Below are positions 5,779 through 12,707 of a stretch of 24,000 nt of DNA, piece after piece; position 1 is the first letter of the stretch, and each line of letters opens with the position of its first letter. The stretch is taken from contig CAWJJG010000010.1 of the NCBI GenBank assembly GCA_963843085.1, positions 1 to 24,000 on the forward strand, in the 5' to 3' direction. Origin of the DNA: an uncultured Solirubrobacterales bacterium. Lineage in GTDB: Bacteria > Actinomycetota > Thermoleophilia > Solirubrobacterales > 70-9. Under the pieces are notes generated by a model that saw only the letters and a list, made by a program, of their open reading frames with translations, had not been told where the DNA came from and made no database searches. The position numbers and the translations under genes are program-made.

Positions 5779-7392
5779 TTAGGTGTGGCCCGGCGAGCCC
5801 GCAATCGGGAGTTCTCCCCATGTGACCAGGCCGTGCTGCATGGCGAACAGGGTGGCGGCGGCGCGGGTCGAGACGCCGGTCTTGCGATAGGCGTTCTGGA
5901 TGTGGCGGTCGGCGGTCTTGGTCGAGATCCCGAGAGCGCGGCCGACCTGCTTGGTCTGCAGGCCGCGCGCGAGCAGGCCGAGAACCTCGACCTCCCGCTC
6001 GGTGAGCCCCGCCGGCCGCTCGAGCTCGGGGGCCGGCTGACCGGCGGCCTCCAGGACCGCGGTGACCGCCTCGGCATCGAGCCTGCCCGCCTCGGCCTCC
6101 CGGGCGAGCTCGTCCGCCGCCTCGTCGTCGCCCATCGCCTCGCGGTGCGGGCGCGGCTCGGTCATCGCGTGGTAGGCGTCCGCGGCCGCCAGCAGGCGGG
6201 CGGGCAGCGAGAGCTCCGGGCCCGACGCCCCGCGGTGGTAGCCGGAGCCGTCCAGGCGCTCGTGGTGGGCACCCGCGGTCGGCGCGAGCTGCGAGAGGAA
6301 GGTCGAGCGCGAGAGGACCCGTTCGGTCTGGTACGGGTGCAGCCGGACCCGCTCCCACTCGTCGGCGTTGAGCGGTCCGGGCTTCTCCCAGGTGCGAGCA
6401 CCGATTCCGACGCGGCCGAGGTCGTGGACGAGCGCGGCCCGGCGCAGGGCGGTCGACTCGGCGTCGTCCAAGCGGCAGCGCTCGGCGGCGGCGCCCGCCA
6501 GCTCGGCGACGCCGCGGCAGTGCCCCGTGAAGTGCGGGGAGATCAGGTCGGCGAAGTCGCCCATCGCGGCGAGCGCCCGATCGAGCCCCTCGCCAGAGAG
6601 CATCGGGTTGGGTCCCGGCTCGCAGGAGATGCACTCCTCCCAGGCGGACTCCCCGTCCTCGGGCCCGAGGATCTCACCGGCGTGCTCCGCTAGAAAGCCG
6701 GCGATCGCCGGGTCGAGACCGCGGCCGGCGTGCTCGCGGACGATCTCCGCGGCCTCCCGCTTGCCGCGAAGCTGCTGCTGGAGGGCCGCATCCGCGGCGA
6801 CGTGGAGGATCCGGATGGCGAGCGGGATCTCGTCTCCCTTGCCGCGACGCAGCGGCCCTTTGCCGTCCCAGCGGTCGGTGAGATAGGCGAGCGGCTCGGC
6901 GTACGACGGCTCCAGGCCGATGCCCTCGGCGAGCATCCCCGCCACCTCGCAGGACGCCGTCAGGTGCGGGCGCTGCTCCCGGGCCAGCCTCGGGATGCCC
7001 CGCGCCGTCTGGAGCGCGCGCACGGGGGTCGCGCGCTCGGGATCGGGCAGCGTTCGCAGCAGGCCGCCGAACACCTGACGGGCGGAGCCGAAGAGGACCG
7101 GATCGAGATTCTCGGTCAGCGAGCCGCCGAAGACCTCGGCGGTCACGTGGGCGTCGGTGGTGCAGCCGGCGTGCGAGAACATGCAGGCGTAGTAAGCCTG
7201 GGAGGCCGTCGCCGGGTCGACCCCGAGCCCTGCCGCCAGCCGGGACCCGATCAGCGTCATGCGCAACCCGTGCTCGAACGGATATCCCATGCCGAGGTCG
7301 GTCGCCAGGCAGAGCGCCGCGACCATTTCCGCGGCGCGAACCTCTTCCTCACCGGGGGGCGCCTGATCCGGCACGCCGCCGACAGTAGCCAA
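5779..7392 (-). CDS. tandem HD-GYP-type domains fused to a LuxR-family HTH (transcriptional regulator); start codon uncertain (TTG 7392, GTG 7374 or ATG 7326)
   Basis: Copy 2 keeps the metal ligands: GH ... LVHDLGRV ... HHERLDGSGYHRG ... AAADAYHAM. Copy 1 is degenerate: EH ... FSHAGC ... TDRWDGKGPL ... HVAADAAL. C-terminal LTEREVEVLGLLARGLQTKQVGRALGISTKTADRHIQNAYRKTGV is a LuxR/GerE HTH. Confidence 0.9.
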   Translation of the reverse strand: MATVGGVPDQAPPGEEEVRAAEMVAALCLATDLGMGYPFEHGLRMTLIGSRLAAGLGVDPATASQAYYACMFSHAGCTTDAHVTAEVFGGSLTENLDPVLFGSARQVFGGLLRTLPDPERATPVRALQTARGIPRLAREQRPHLTASCEVAGMLAEGIGLEPSYAEPLAYLTDRWDGKGPLRRGKGDEIPLAIRILHVAADAALQQQLRGKREAAEIVREHAGRGLDPAIAGFLAEHAGEILGPEDGESAWEECISCEPGPNPMLSGEGLDRALAAMGDFADLISPHFTGHCRGVAELAGAAAERCRLDDAESTALRRAALVHDLGRVGIGARTWEKPGPLNADEWERVRLHPYQTERVLSRSTFLSQLAPTAGAHHERLDGSGYHRGASGPELSLPARLLAAADAYHAMTEPRPHREAMGDDEAADELAREAEAGRLDAEAVTAVLEAAGQPAPELERPAGLTEREVEVLGLLARGLQTKQVGRALGISTKTADRHIQNAYRKTGVSTRAAATLFAMQHGLVTWGELPIAGSPGHT

Positions 7393-7421
7393 TCCCAGGC
7401 CAGGATCTGCCCTTTTCTGTG

Positions 7422-7449
7422 CTACGGTGCCGTAGCTACGGTTCCGTAG
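7422..7449. promoter_or_regulatory. operator-like array: CTACGG-TG-CCGTAG immediately followed by CTACGG-TT-CCGTAG
   Basis: Four alternating perfect hexamers, read directly. The junction CCGTAGCTACGG is itself a perfect 12-bp palindrome. It lies 30 nt from the HD-GYP/LuxR start and abuts the probable TetR start. Confidence 0.6.
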
Positions 7450-7454
7450 AATTG

Positions 7455-8096
7455 GTGACCCCGCCCAAGAAGAAGAGCGCAGCCGCGCAGAAGCCCCGCC
7501 GCTACGCGCCCCGGCTGCCGCCGGAGGAGCGCCGCGAGCAGCTGCTCGACGCGACCCTCTCCCTGATCGCCCAGCGGGGCTACGAGTCGGTCTCGATGGA
7601 GGGGATCGCCCGGCGGGCGGGGGTGACCAAGCCGGTCGTCTACGACCTGTTCGGCTCGCTCGCCGACCTGCTCGAGGCGCTGCTCGAGCGCGAGGAGGAG
7701 CGTGCGCTCAACCAGCTCGCCGAGCTGATGCCGACGCCGGCCGAGGACGCCGACCCGGCCGAGGTCCTGGTCGACGGCCTCGACGCCTTCCTCCGCGCCA
7801 TCGAGACCCGGCCGGACGCCTGGCACCTCTCGCTGATGCCGATCGAGGCGCAGCCGGAGATCGTCCGCGAGCACGTCGAGCGCGACCGCACCGCAGTTGC
7901 CAAGCAGCTCGCCTCGATCGTCCGCTGGGGGGTCGAGCGGCTCGACGTGCCGATCTCAGACGTCGACCTGCTCGTCCAGGCGATCATCACGCTCGCCGAG
8001 CAGGGCGGGCGCCTTCACCTCGACGACCCAGAGAGCTACCCGCGCGAGCGGATCACCGCCTTCACCGCCAGCCTGCTCGAAAGCGTCCGCGGCTAG
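7455..8096 (+). CDS. TetR/AcrR family transcriptional regulator (start GTG 7455 or TTG 7452; the track start 7419 would place the palindrome array inside the CDS)
   Basis: HTH: LLDATLSLIAQRGYESVSMEGIARRAGVTKPVVYDLFGS. It shares the GVTKPVVY motif with the TetR at 3425. Confidence 0.9.
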   Translation: MTPPKKKSAAAQKPRRYAPRLPPEERREQLLDATLSLIAQRGYESVSMEGIARRAGVTKPVVYDLFGSLADLLEALLEREEERALNQLAELMPTPAEDADPAEVLVDGLDAFLRAIETRPDAWHLSLMPIEAQPEIVREHVERDRTAVAKQLASIVRWGVERLDVPISDVDLLVQAIITLAEQGGRLHLDDPESYPRERITAFTASLLESVRG

Positions 8097-8374
8097 TGGC
8101 GCTGCAAGGAACACTCGAGCGCATCGCGGACGCCGGCTCGGCCATCGGCAGCATGGTCGAGAACGTCCGGAGCATGGCCCGCGATACGCGCCGGATCGAG
8201 GATCACGCGAGGCACCTCGACACGATCGACCAGCGCCTCGACCGGATCGTCGAGCTGATGGAGCGGATGGTCGTCTCGGTCGAGGAGCTCACAAGGAAGG
8301 TCGACGAGCTCGAGGAGCACATCGCGCCGGTCGGCCGGCTCGCCGGCCGCTTCCCGGGGCGCGCGAAGCGCTAG
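8096..8374 (+). CDS. small coiled-coil protein, function unknown
   Basis: 92 aa with high GC3 and a heptad-like, charged sequence (IDQRLDRIVELMERMVVSVEELTRKVDELEEHI). The GTG start overlaps the TetR stop (TAGTG). Confidence 0.7.
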   Translation: MALQGTLERIADAGSAIGSMVENVRSMARDTRRIEDHARHLDTIDQRLDRIVELMERMVVSVEELTRKVDELEEHIAPVGRLAGRFPGRAKR

Positions 8375-8378
8375 CGCG

Positions 8379-8663
8379 CTATCCGATCTGGCCCTCGATC
8401 ACGACCTCGCCCTTGTCGACCGAGGTCCGGGTCCCTGGCGTCCCGGACGGGTCCATCGCGTTCATGACCTCGTCTGCCTTCTGCATGTCCGCCTCGTTGT
8501 CGTAGAACTGCACCGCGACCGCCGTGCCCTGGGACTCGTCGACGAGGATGCGGAGCGTCGTCGCCGGCATCCCCTCCGGCGGGTCGTTGTCCTCCACCTG
8601 GGATTTGATGCGATCGATCTGAGACGTGTCGACGTCGGTGAACCTGACCACTCGTGCGTACAT
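8379..8663 (-). CDS. small hypothetical protein (possibly a ferredoxin-like/ABM-type fold)
   Basis: Starts at ATG 8663, preceded by GGAGGAGGAG. 94 aa beginning MYARVVRFTDV ... LRILVDESQGTAVAVQFYDNEADM. The fold assignment is a guess. Confidence 0.7.
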   Translation of the reverse strand: MYARVVRFTDVDTSQIDRIKSQVEDNDPPEGMPATTLRILVDESQGTAVAVQFYDNEADMQKADEVMNAMDPSGTPGTRTSVDKGEVVIEGQIG

Positions 8664-8767
8664 CGTTCTCCTCCTCCGTCGTTGTGCACCTAGTCCTAAC
8701 ACGAATGCCGCACTCCGCGGTTACCGTCTCCCGTCCAATCCCTCAAGACTTAGAGACAGGAGGTCGG

Positions 8768-9502
8768 ATGTCGGTCGAGGCGTCACTCAAGGAGTTCAAG
8801 GAGACCGCGGGCAGCGAGTCCTTCCAGATGCAGGGCTCGAAGATGGTCAAGGTCCAGCTCAAGGGAGAGACCATCCAGGCCAAGCTCGGCTCGATGGTCG
8901 CCTACCAGGGCGACGTGAAGTTCGAGCACGCCGGCTCCGGCGGCCTGAAGCGGATGGCGAAGAAGGCGATGACGGGCGAGGGCGCCGAGCTGATGAAGAT
9001 CTCCGGGACCGGCGAGGTCTTCCTGGCCGACCTTGCCCAGGAGGTCCAGCTGCTGAACCTCTCCGGCGAGGCGATCACCGTGAACGGCGCGAACCTGCTC
9101 GCCTTCGACGCCGACATCGACTGGGACATCAAGAAGGTCGACGGCGTATCCGGCTTCATGGGCGGCGGGATGTTCAACACCCACCTCTCGGGATCGGGCT
9201 TCGTCGCGATCCTCTCCGATGGCCCCCCCGTCCTGCTCGACCTCGACGGCACCGAGACCTTCGCCGACCCGCAGGCGGCGATCACCTGGTCCGATGGCGT
9301 CAAGACCTCGGTGAAGACCGACGTCAATCTGAAGACCTTCATCGGCCGCGGCTCCGGCGAGACGGTCCAGATGGCCTTCTCCGGGAACGGCTGGCTGCTG
9401 ATTCAGCCGTCGGAGGGCCGGGTCACGAGCACCGCTGCCGGCGGCTCGGGCGGCGGCGCTTCGAGCGCGAGCGGTGCGATCGGCAAGCTGCTTTCCGGTT
9501 AG
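8768..9502 (+). CDS. AIM24 family protein (DUF124/TIGR00266-like)
   Basis: Starts at ATG 8768 after GGAGG. Repetitive beta-strand pattern: VKVQLKGETIQAKLGSMVAYQGDV ... GTGEVFLA ... ITVNGANLLAFD ... GSGFVAILSDG ... GNGWLLIQP. Gly/Ser-rich C-terminal tail. Confidence 0.85.
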   Translation: MSVEASLKEFKETAGSESFQMQGSKMVKVQLKGETIQAKLGSMVAYQGDVKFEHAGSGGLKRMAKKAMTGEGAELMKISGTGEVFLADLAQEVQLLNLSGEAITVNGANLLAFDADIDWDIKKVDGVSGFMGGGMFNTHLSGSGFVAILSDGPPVLLDLDGTETFADPQAAITWSDGVKTSVKTDVNLKTFIGRGSGETVQMAFSGNGWLLIQPSEGRVTSTAAGGSGGGASSASGAIGKLLSG

Positions 9503-9505
9503 CTG

Positions 9506-9539
9506 AACGGGGCGGCCGCCTTGCGGCGACCGCCCCGTT
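9506..9539. terminator. strong GC-rich hairpin between convergent genes (bidirectional terminator candidate)
   Basis: Perfect 10-bp stem AACGGGGCGG/CCGCCCCGTT enclosing an inner CCGC-ctt-GCGG stem-loop, followed by TTT on the + strand. It sits between the stops at 9502 (+) and 9548 (-). Confidence 0.6.
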
Positions 9540-9547
9540 TGGCGTTC

Positions 9548-10411
9548 CTACTTGACCGTCTCGACGGCCAGGAGGCCTTCCTGGTCGTGGGACTTGCCCT
9601 TCCCGTCGCGGTCCATCAGCGGGCAGAAGAAGATGTACTGCCCGGGGGTCTTCAGATCGAGCGTCGTGGTCTGCTCGTTGCCACCGTCGAGAAGCGCCGA
9701 GCTCTGGAGTCCGCTCGGATCGACGTAGGACGGCGGCGGGCCGTTGCTCGCCAGGTCCTTCTTGATCTGGTCGACCGGAGGCGCCTGTCCCTTCACCGGC
9801 ACGGCGATGATGGTGTGCACCGCGTCATCACCCTTGCTGTCGAAGGTGACCTGATTGGTCCCCGTCTTCAGCCCGGAGATGTCCCACTTGTACTTGTCAT
9901 TGCCAAGCGAATCGGCGGTGACGTTGGCGTCGGTGTCGGGTAGGTCGCCGGTGGATCCACCACTCAGCGTCATGCCCGCGGTCGCAGGCGGACCGCTGCT
10001 GGGGGCGGGGCCACCCAGTGCCGCTGCATCGACGAGCACGTAGTTGCCCTGCGGCAGGTTGACCGTCGCGGTCCCGGTCTGCCCGGGAGCGACGCTGCCG
10101 ATCCCACCCTCCAGCTTCACCCACGGGGGAATCACGTTGCTGTTCTGGCCAAGGAGCTGCAGGACCTCCTGCTCGGAGTGCCCGGTGTACTGGATGAACT
10201 GCACGCCGTGCGGCGCCTTGCCCTGGTTGGCGAGGTCGACCTTGACGAGACCGCCCTTCGCCGTCTTCGGGGCCTCGAAGGCCGCCGCCTTGCCGTTTTC
10301 GCTGATCTTCAGCGAGAGCGTGGTCGGGTTGTCGTTGCTGTTGCTGCCTCCGCAGCCGGCGATCATCGCCACCGCGCCGATCGCAGCCAGGATCGAGACA
10401 CGCAAATGCAT
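9548..10411 (-). CDS. secreted lipoprotein with two cupredoxin-like repeats
   Basis: Starts at ATG 10411 after GGAGGTG. Signal peptide plus lipobox: MHLRVSILAAIGAVAMIAGC. Repeat 1: GGLVKVDLANQGKAPHGVQF ... PQGNYVLVD (no Cys). Repeat 2: GTNQVTFDSKGDDAVHTIIA ... PGQYIFFCPLMDRDGKGKSHDQEGLLAVETV. Confidence 0.8.
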   Translation of the reverse strand: MHLRVSILAAIGAVAMIAGCGGSNSNDNPTTLSLKISENGKAAAFEAPKTAKGGLVKVDLANQGKAPHGVQFIQYTGHSEQEVLQLLGQNSNVIPPWVKLEGGIGSVAPGQTGTATVNLPQGNYVLVDAAALGGPAPSSGPPATAGMTLSGGSTGDLPDTDANVTADSLGNDKYKWDISGLKTGTNQVTFDSKGDDAVHTIIAVPVKGQAPPVDQIKKDLASNGPPPSYVDPSGLQSSALLDGGNEQTTTLDLKTPGQYIFFCPLMDRDGKGKSHDQEGLLAVETVK

Positions 10412-10522
10412 GTGCACCTCCAACTCGTGTTACCCCCTCTGCCCCTAGTTCCGGATCCCCATCTGGAACGCGCGGCAGCCTCGCACACCCGGCCAGCGTG
10501 CGTCAACTCCAAATGTCAGCGG

Positions 10523-10999
10523 CTAGACGGGCTTCGTCGTCATCGCCCAGACGGCGATCAGGCAGGCGACGAGGAAGAGCGAGATCAGGCCGGTTGCGAT
10601 TCGCGCCGAGACGCTCGGCGACCCGCCCTCGCCTCGATTGATCCTGCGAACGGCGATCCCGCCGATCACCAGGGAGATCACCAGCAGCAGGAAGCCCATG
10701 TCCGAGACGCCGAAGCCGATGCCGATCCAGCTCACGTTGGAGTCCTCCAGATGCTCCTTGTGGGCGATCCACTGGGCGCCTCCGCGCATCACGACGTACC
10801 CCGGCAGCGCCCCGTAGAAGAGGCTCATGAAGCCGAGCTTCGTCAGCGGGGCCGAGCCACTGCGCCAGGCGGCGATCAGCGCGACCGCCGACAGGGTCAG
10901 CCCGCCGACCAGGAGCATCGCTCCGAGGATGTGAACGAAGAGCGGCAGGTCCCAGCCGTCGGGGCGGGTGATCGAGGCGAGCGTGGTCATCGCGCTCAT
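10523..10999 (-). CDS. integral membrane protein, paralogous N-terminus to the upstream gene (DUF2269-like)
   Basis: 158 aa with about 4 TM segments. LPLFVHILGAMLLVGGLTL resembles ALLFLHVLSAFLMVSGVVI of the preceding gene. ATGA start/stop overlap at 10996-10999. Confidence 0.8.
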   Translation of the reverse strand: MSAMTTLASITRPDGWDLPLFVHILGAMLLVGGLTLSAVALIAAWRSGSAPLTKLGFMSLFYGALPGYVVMRGGAQWIAHKEHLEDSNVSWIGIGFGVSDMGFLLLVISLVIGGIAVRRINRGEGGSPSVSARIATGLISLFLVACLIAVWAMTTKPV

Positions 11000-11394
11000 G
11001 CCCAGGGCTTCCAGACCATGTCGACGAGCAGCAGGACGACCCAGAGCACCCGCATCCAGTGGGAGAACTTCACGCGCCGGTCGAGCGCGGCCGGGGAGGC
11101 CGCGTCACTCGGCTTGATCGACCGGCTGACCCGCGCGCCCGCGCCGTTCGCAAGCACCCACAGGACGATGGCGGCGATGATCCAGCCATCCCAGATCTCG
11201 TACTGGGGCCGGTTCAGGGCGAGCCAGACGCCGAAGACGAGGGTGCCGACGCCGCCTACGCCCCAGAGGATCTCGGCGGCCAGCTTGAGCGGCCGCGTCA
11301 CGGGGCTGCCGAGCGCGAATGCAGAGAAGATCACGACGCCGCTGACCATGAGAAAGGCCGACAGCACGTGCAGGAAGAGAAGCGCGTGGTACAT
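10996..11394 (-). CDS. integral membrane protein, DUF2269-like (family name from memory)
   Basis: 132 aa with 4 hydrophobic segments and N-terminus MYHALLFLHVLSAFLMVSG. It starts 12 nt downstream of the LLM oxidoreductase stop. Confidence 0.8.
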   Translation of the reverse strand: MYHALLFLHVLSAFLMVSGVVIFSAFALGSPVTRPLKLAAEILWGVGGVGTLVFGVWLALNRPQYEIWDGWIIAAIVLWVLANGAGARVSRSIKPSDAASPAALDRRVKFSHWMRVLWVVLLLVDMVWKPWA

Positions 11395-11406
11395 CGGCGC
11401 GCGACT

Positions 11407-12258
11407 CTATCGGTAGGCCTGGATGCGCTCCGCCCACTCGTCGAGCTTGCGCTCCGCGCTTGCGGCGTCGGCCGCGTCCCCGGGACGCAGCATGTGAACG
11501 GCCCGAGTCACGCCGGCCTCCTCGTAGCGGTGCAGCACATCAGGATCCCGCGGCGGGATCTGCAGGGTGACGGGGATCGGTCCGCGGCCGGCCTCCTCCC
11601 CCAGCCGCTGGAGCTCCTCAACCCTGGCGATCATCCCCTCGTCGGGCGGGATCCGGTTGGGGAACCAGCCGTCGCCGAAGGCGATCACTCGCTTCAGGAC
11701 GTTCGGCCCGTTCCCGCCGACCAGCACCGGCGGACCCGGCTCCTGCAGGGGCGCCGGGCGGCTGACGATGCGGTCGAAGTCGACGAACTCGCCGTGGTAG
11801 CTCGCCTCCTCGCTGGACCACATCTCCCTGCATGCCTCGACCCGCTCGCGCAGAATCGCGAAGCGCCGCTCCGGGTCTGTGCCATGGTTTCGCATCTCCT
11901 CCAGGTTCCAGCCGGCGCCGACCCCGAAGATCATCCGCCCGCCGGAGAGCCGGTCGACCGATGCGACCTCCTTGGCGGTCGTGATCGGGTCGCGCTCGAC
12001 GAGCAGGCAGATCGCCGTCCCGACCCTGATCCGCTCCGTGGCGGAGGCCATGGTCGCGAGTGCCACGAAGGGGTCATAGATCCGGAAGTACTCCCGGGGC
12101 AGCTCGCCGCCGGCCGGGTAGTCGGTCTCGCGGCTGGCGGGGATGTGGGTGTGCTCGGTGACGAAGACCGACTCGAAGCCGCGCTCCTCCGCCATCCGGG
12201 CGAGCTCCGCCGGCTCGACCGCCTCGTCGGTGGGGAAGTAGGAGACGCCGAAGTCCAT
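11407..12258 (-). CDS. LLM-class F420-dependent oxidoreductase (luciferase-like monooxygenase fold)
   Basis: Starts at ATG 12258, 283 aa. MDFGVSYFPTDEAVEPAELARMAEERGFESVFVTEHTHIP ... GGRMIFGVGAGWNLEEM ... PPVLVGGNGP is typical of the Rv2161c-type F420 LLM subgroup. The track ORF is over-extended at the N-terminus. Confidence 0.88.
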   Translation of the reverse strand: MDFGVSYFPTDEAVEPAELARMAEERGFESVFVTEHTHIPASRETDYPAGGELPREYFRIYDPFVALATMASATERIRVGTAICLLVERDPITTAKEVASVDRLSGGRMIFGVGAGWNLEEMRNHGTDPERRFAILRERVEACREMWSSEEASYHGEFVDFDRIVSRPAPLQEPGPPVLVGGNGPNVLKRVIAFGDGWFPNRIPPDEGMIARVEELQRLGEEAGRGPIPVTLQIPPRDPDVLHRYEEAGVTRAVHMLRPGDAADAASAERKLDEWAERIQAYR

Positions 12259-12260
12259 GG

Positions 12261-12701
12261 CTATGCGGGCTGGAGCCGCCGCTGAGCCTGGTCGTTCGCC
12301 AGATAGAGGATCGCCAGCGGGACCAGGACGTCGAGCGCGAGTCCGAGAAGGCTCGCGATGTTGTCGCCGGTCGAGTAGCGCGAGGTCGTGGTGGCGTGGT
12401 AGATCAGGTGCGGCAGGCCGGCGGCCAGCAGCGAGATGGCGGCGGCCTGCACCAGGCGCTTCTCCATCCAAAAGGCGGAGAGGGCGGCAAGGAGGGTGAG
12501 GCCGAGCGCCGCCGCGCCGAAGTCGCGCTCGAGGTGCTCGTTGTAGGGAGGCAGGGCGGAGACCCAGTGTGTCCCGCCACCCGGGAAGGTGTCGTAGAAG
12601 CCCTTCGGCGCCACGAGGATCCAGACGGCGAGCCAGCCGATGGTGACCGCGAGGTAGATCAGCGCGACGCGGATCAACCCACGGTGCTGCTCGAGCTCCA
12701 T
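12261..12701 (-). CDS. integral membrane protein, function unknown
   Basis: 146 aa with about 4 TM segments and high GC3. Its stop lies 2 nt before the LLM start. Its start lies 6 nt after the upstream stop, with GGAGGCC as the SD. Confidence 0.8.
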   Translation of the reverse strand: MELEQHRGLIRVALIYLAVTIGWLAVWILVAPKGFYDTFPGGGTHWVSALPPYNEHLERDFGAAALGLTLLAALSAFWMEKRLVQAAAISLLAAGLPHLIYHATTTSRYSTGDNIASLLGLALDVLVPLAILYLANDQAQRRLQPA

Positions 12702-12707
12702 GGCCTC

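Noticed and set aside
4938-6693. Long ORFs overlapping or antisense to the methyltransferase and HD-GYP/LuxR genes (4938-6077 minus, 5210-5782 plus, 5767-6693 plus, and the 580-aa extension 4892-6634)
   Set aside because: Their translations are Arg/Pro/Gly/Ala-rich low-complexity strings, typical of off-frame reading in GC-rich DNA. The recognisable domains and GC3 bias lie in the frames reported as features.
8364-8380. Palindromic AGCGCTAGCGCGCT at the convergent stops of the coiled-coil gene and the 94-aa gene
   Set aside because: It is imperfect and very short, and the convergent stop codons plus GC-rich context explain it. It is not convincing as a terminator or binding site.
10178-12285. 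412-aa and 408-aa plus-strand ORFs across the membrane-protein/LLM region
   Set aside because: They are antisense to genes with clear TM or LLM signatures. Their composition is dominated by R/D/G/P with no motif, so they are shadow ORFs.
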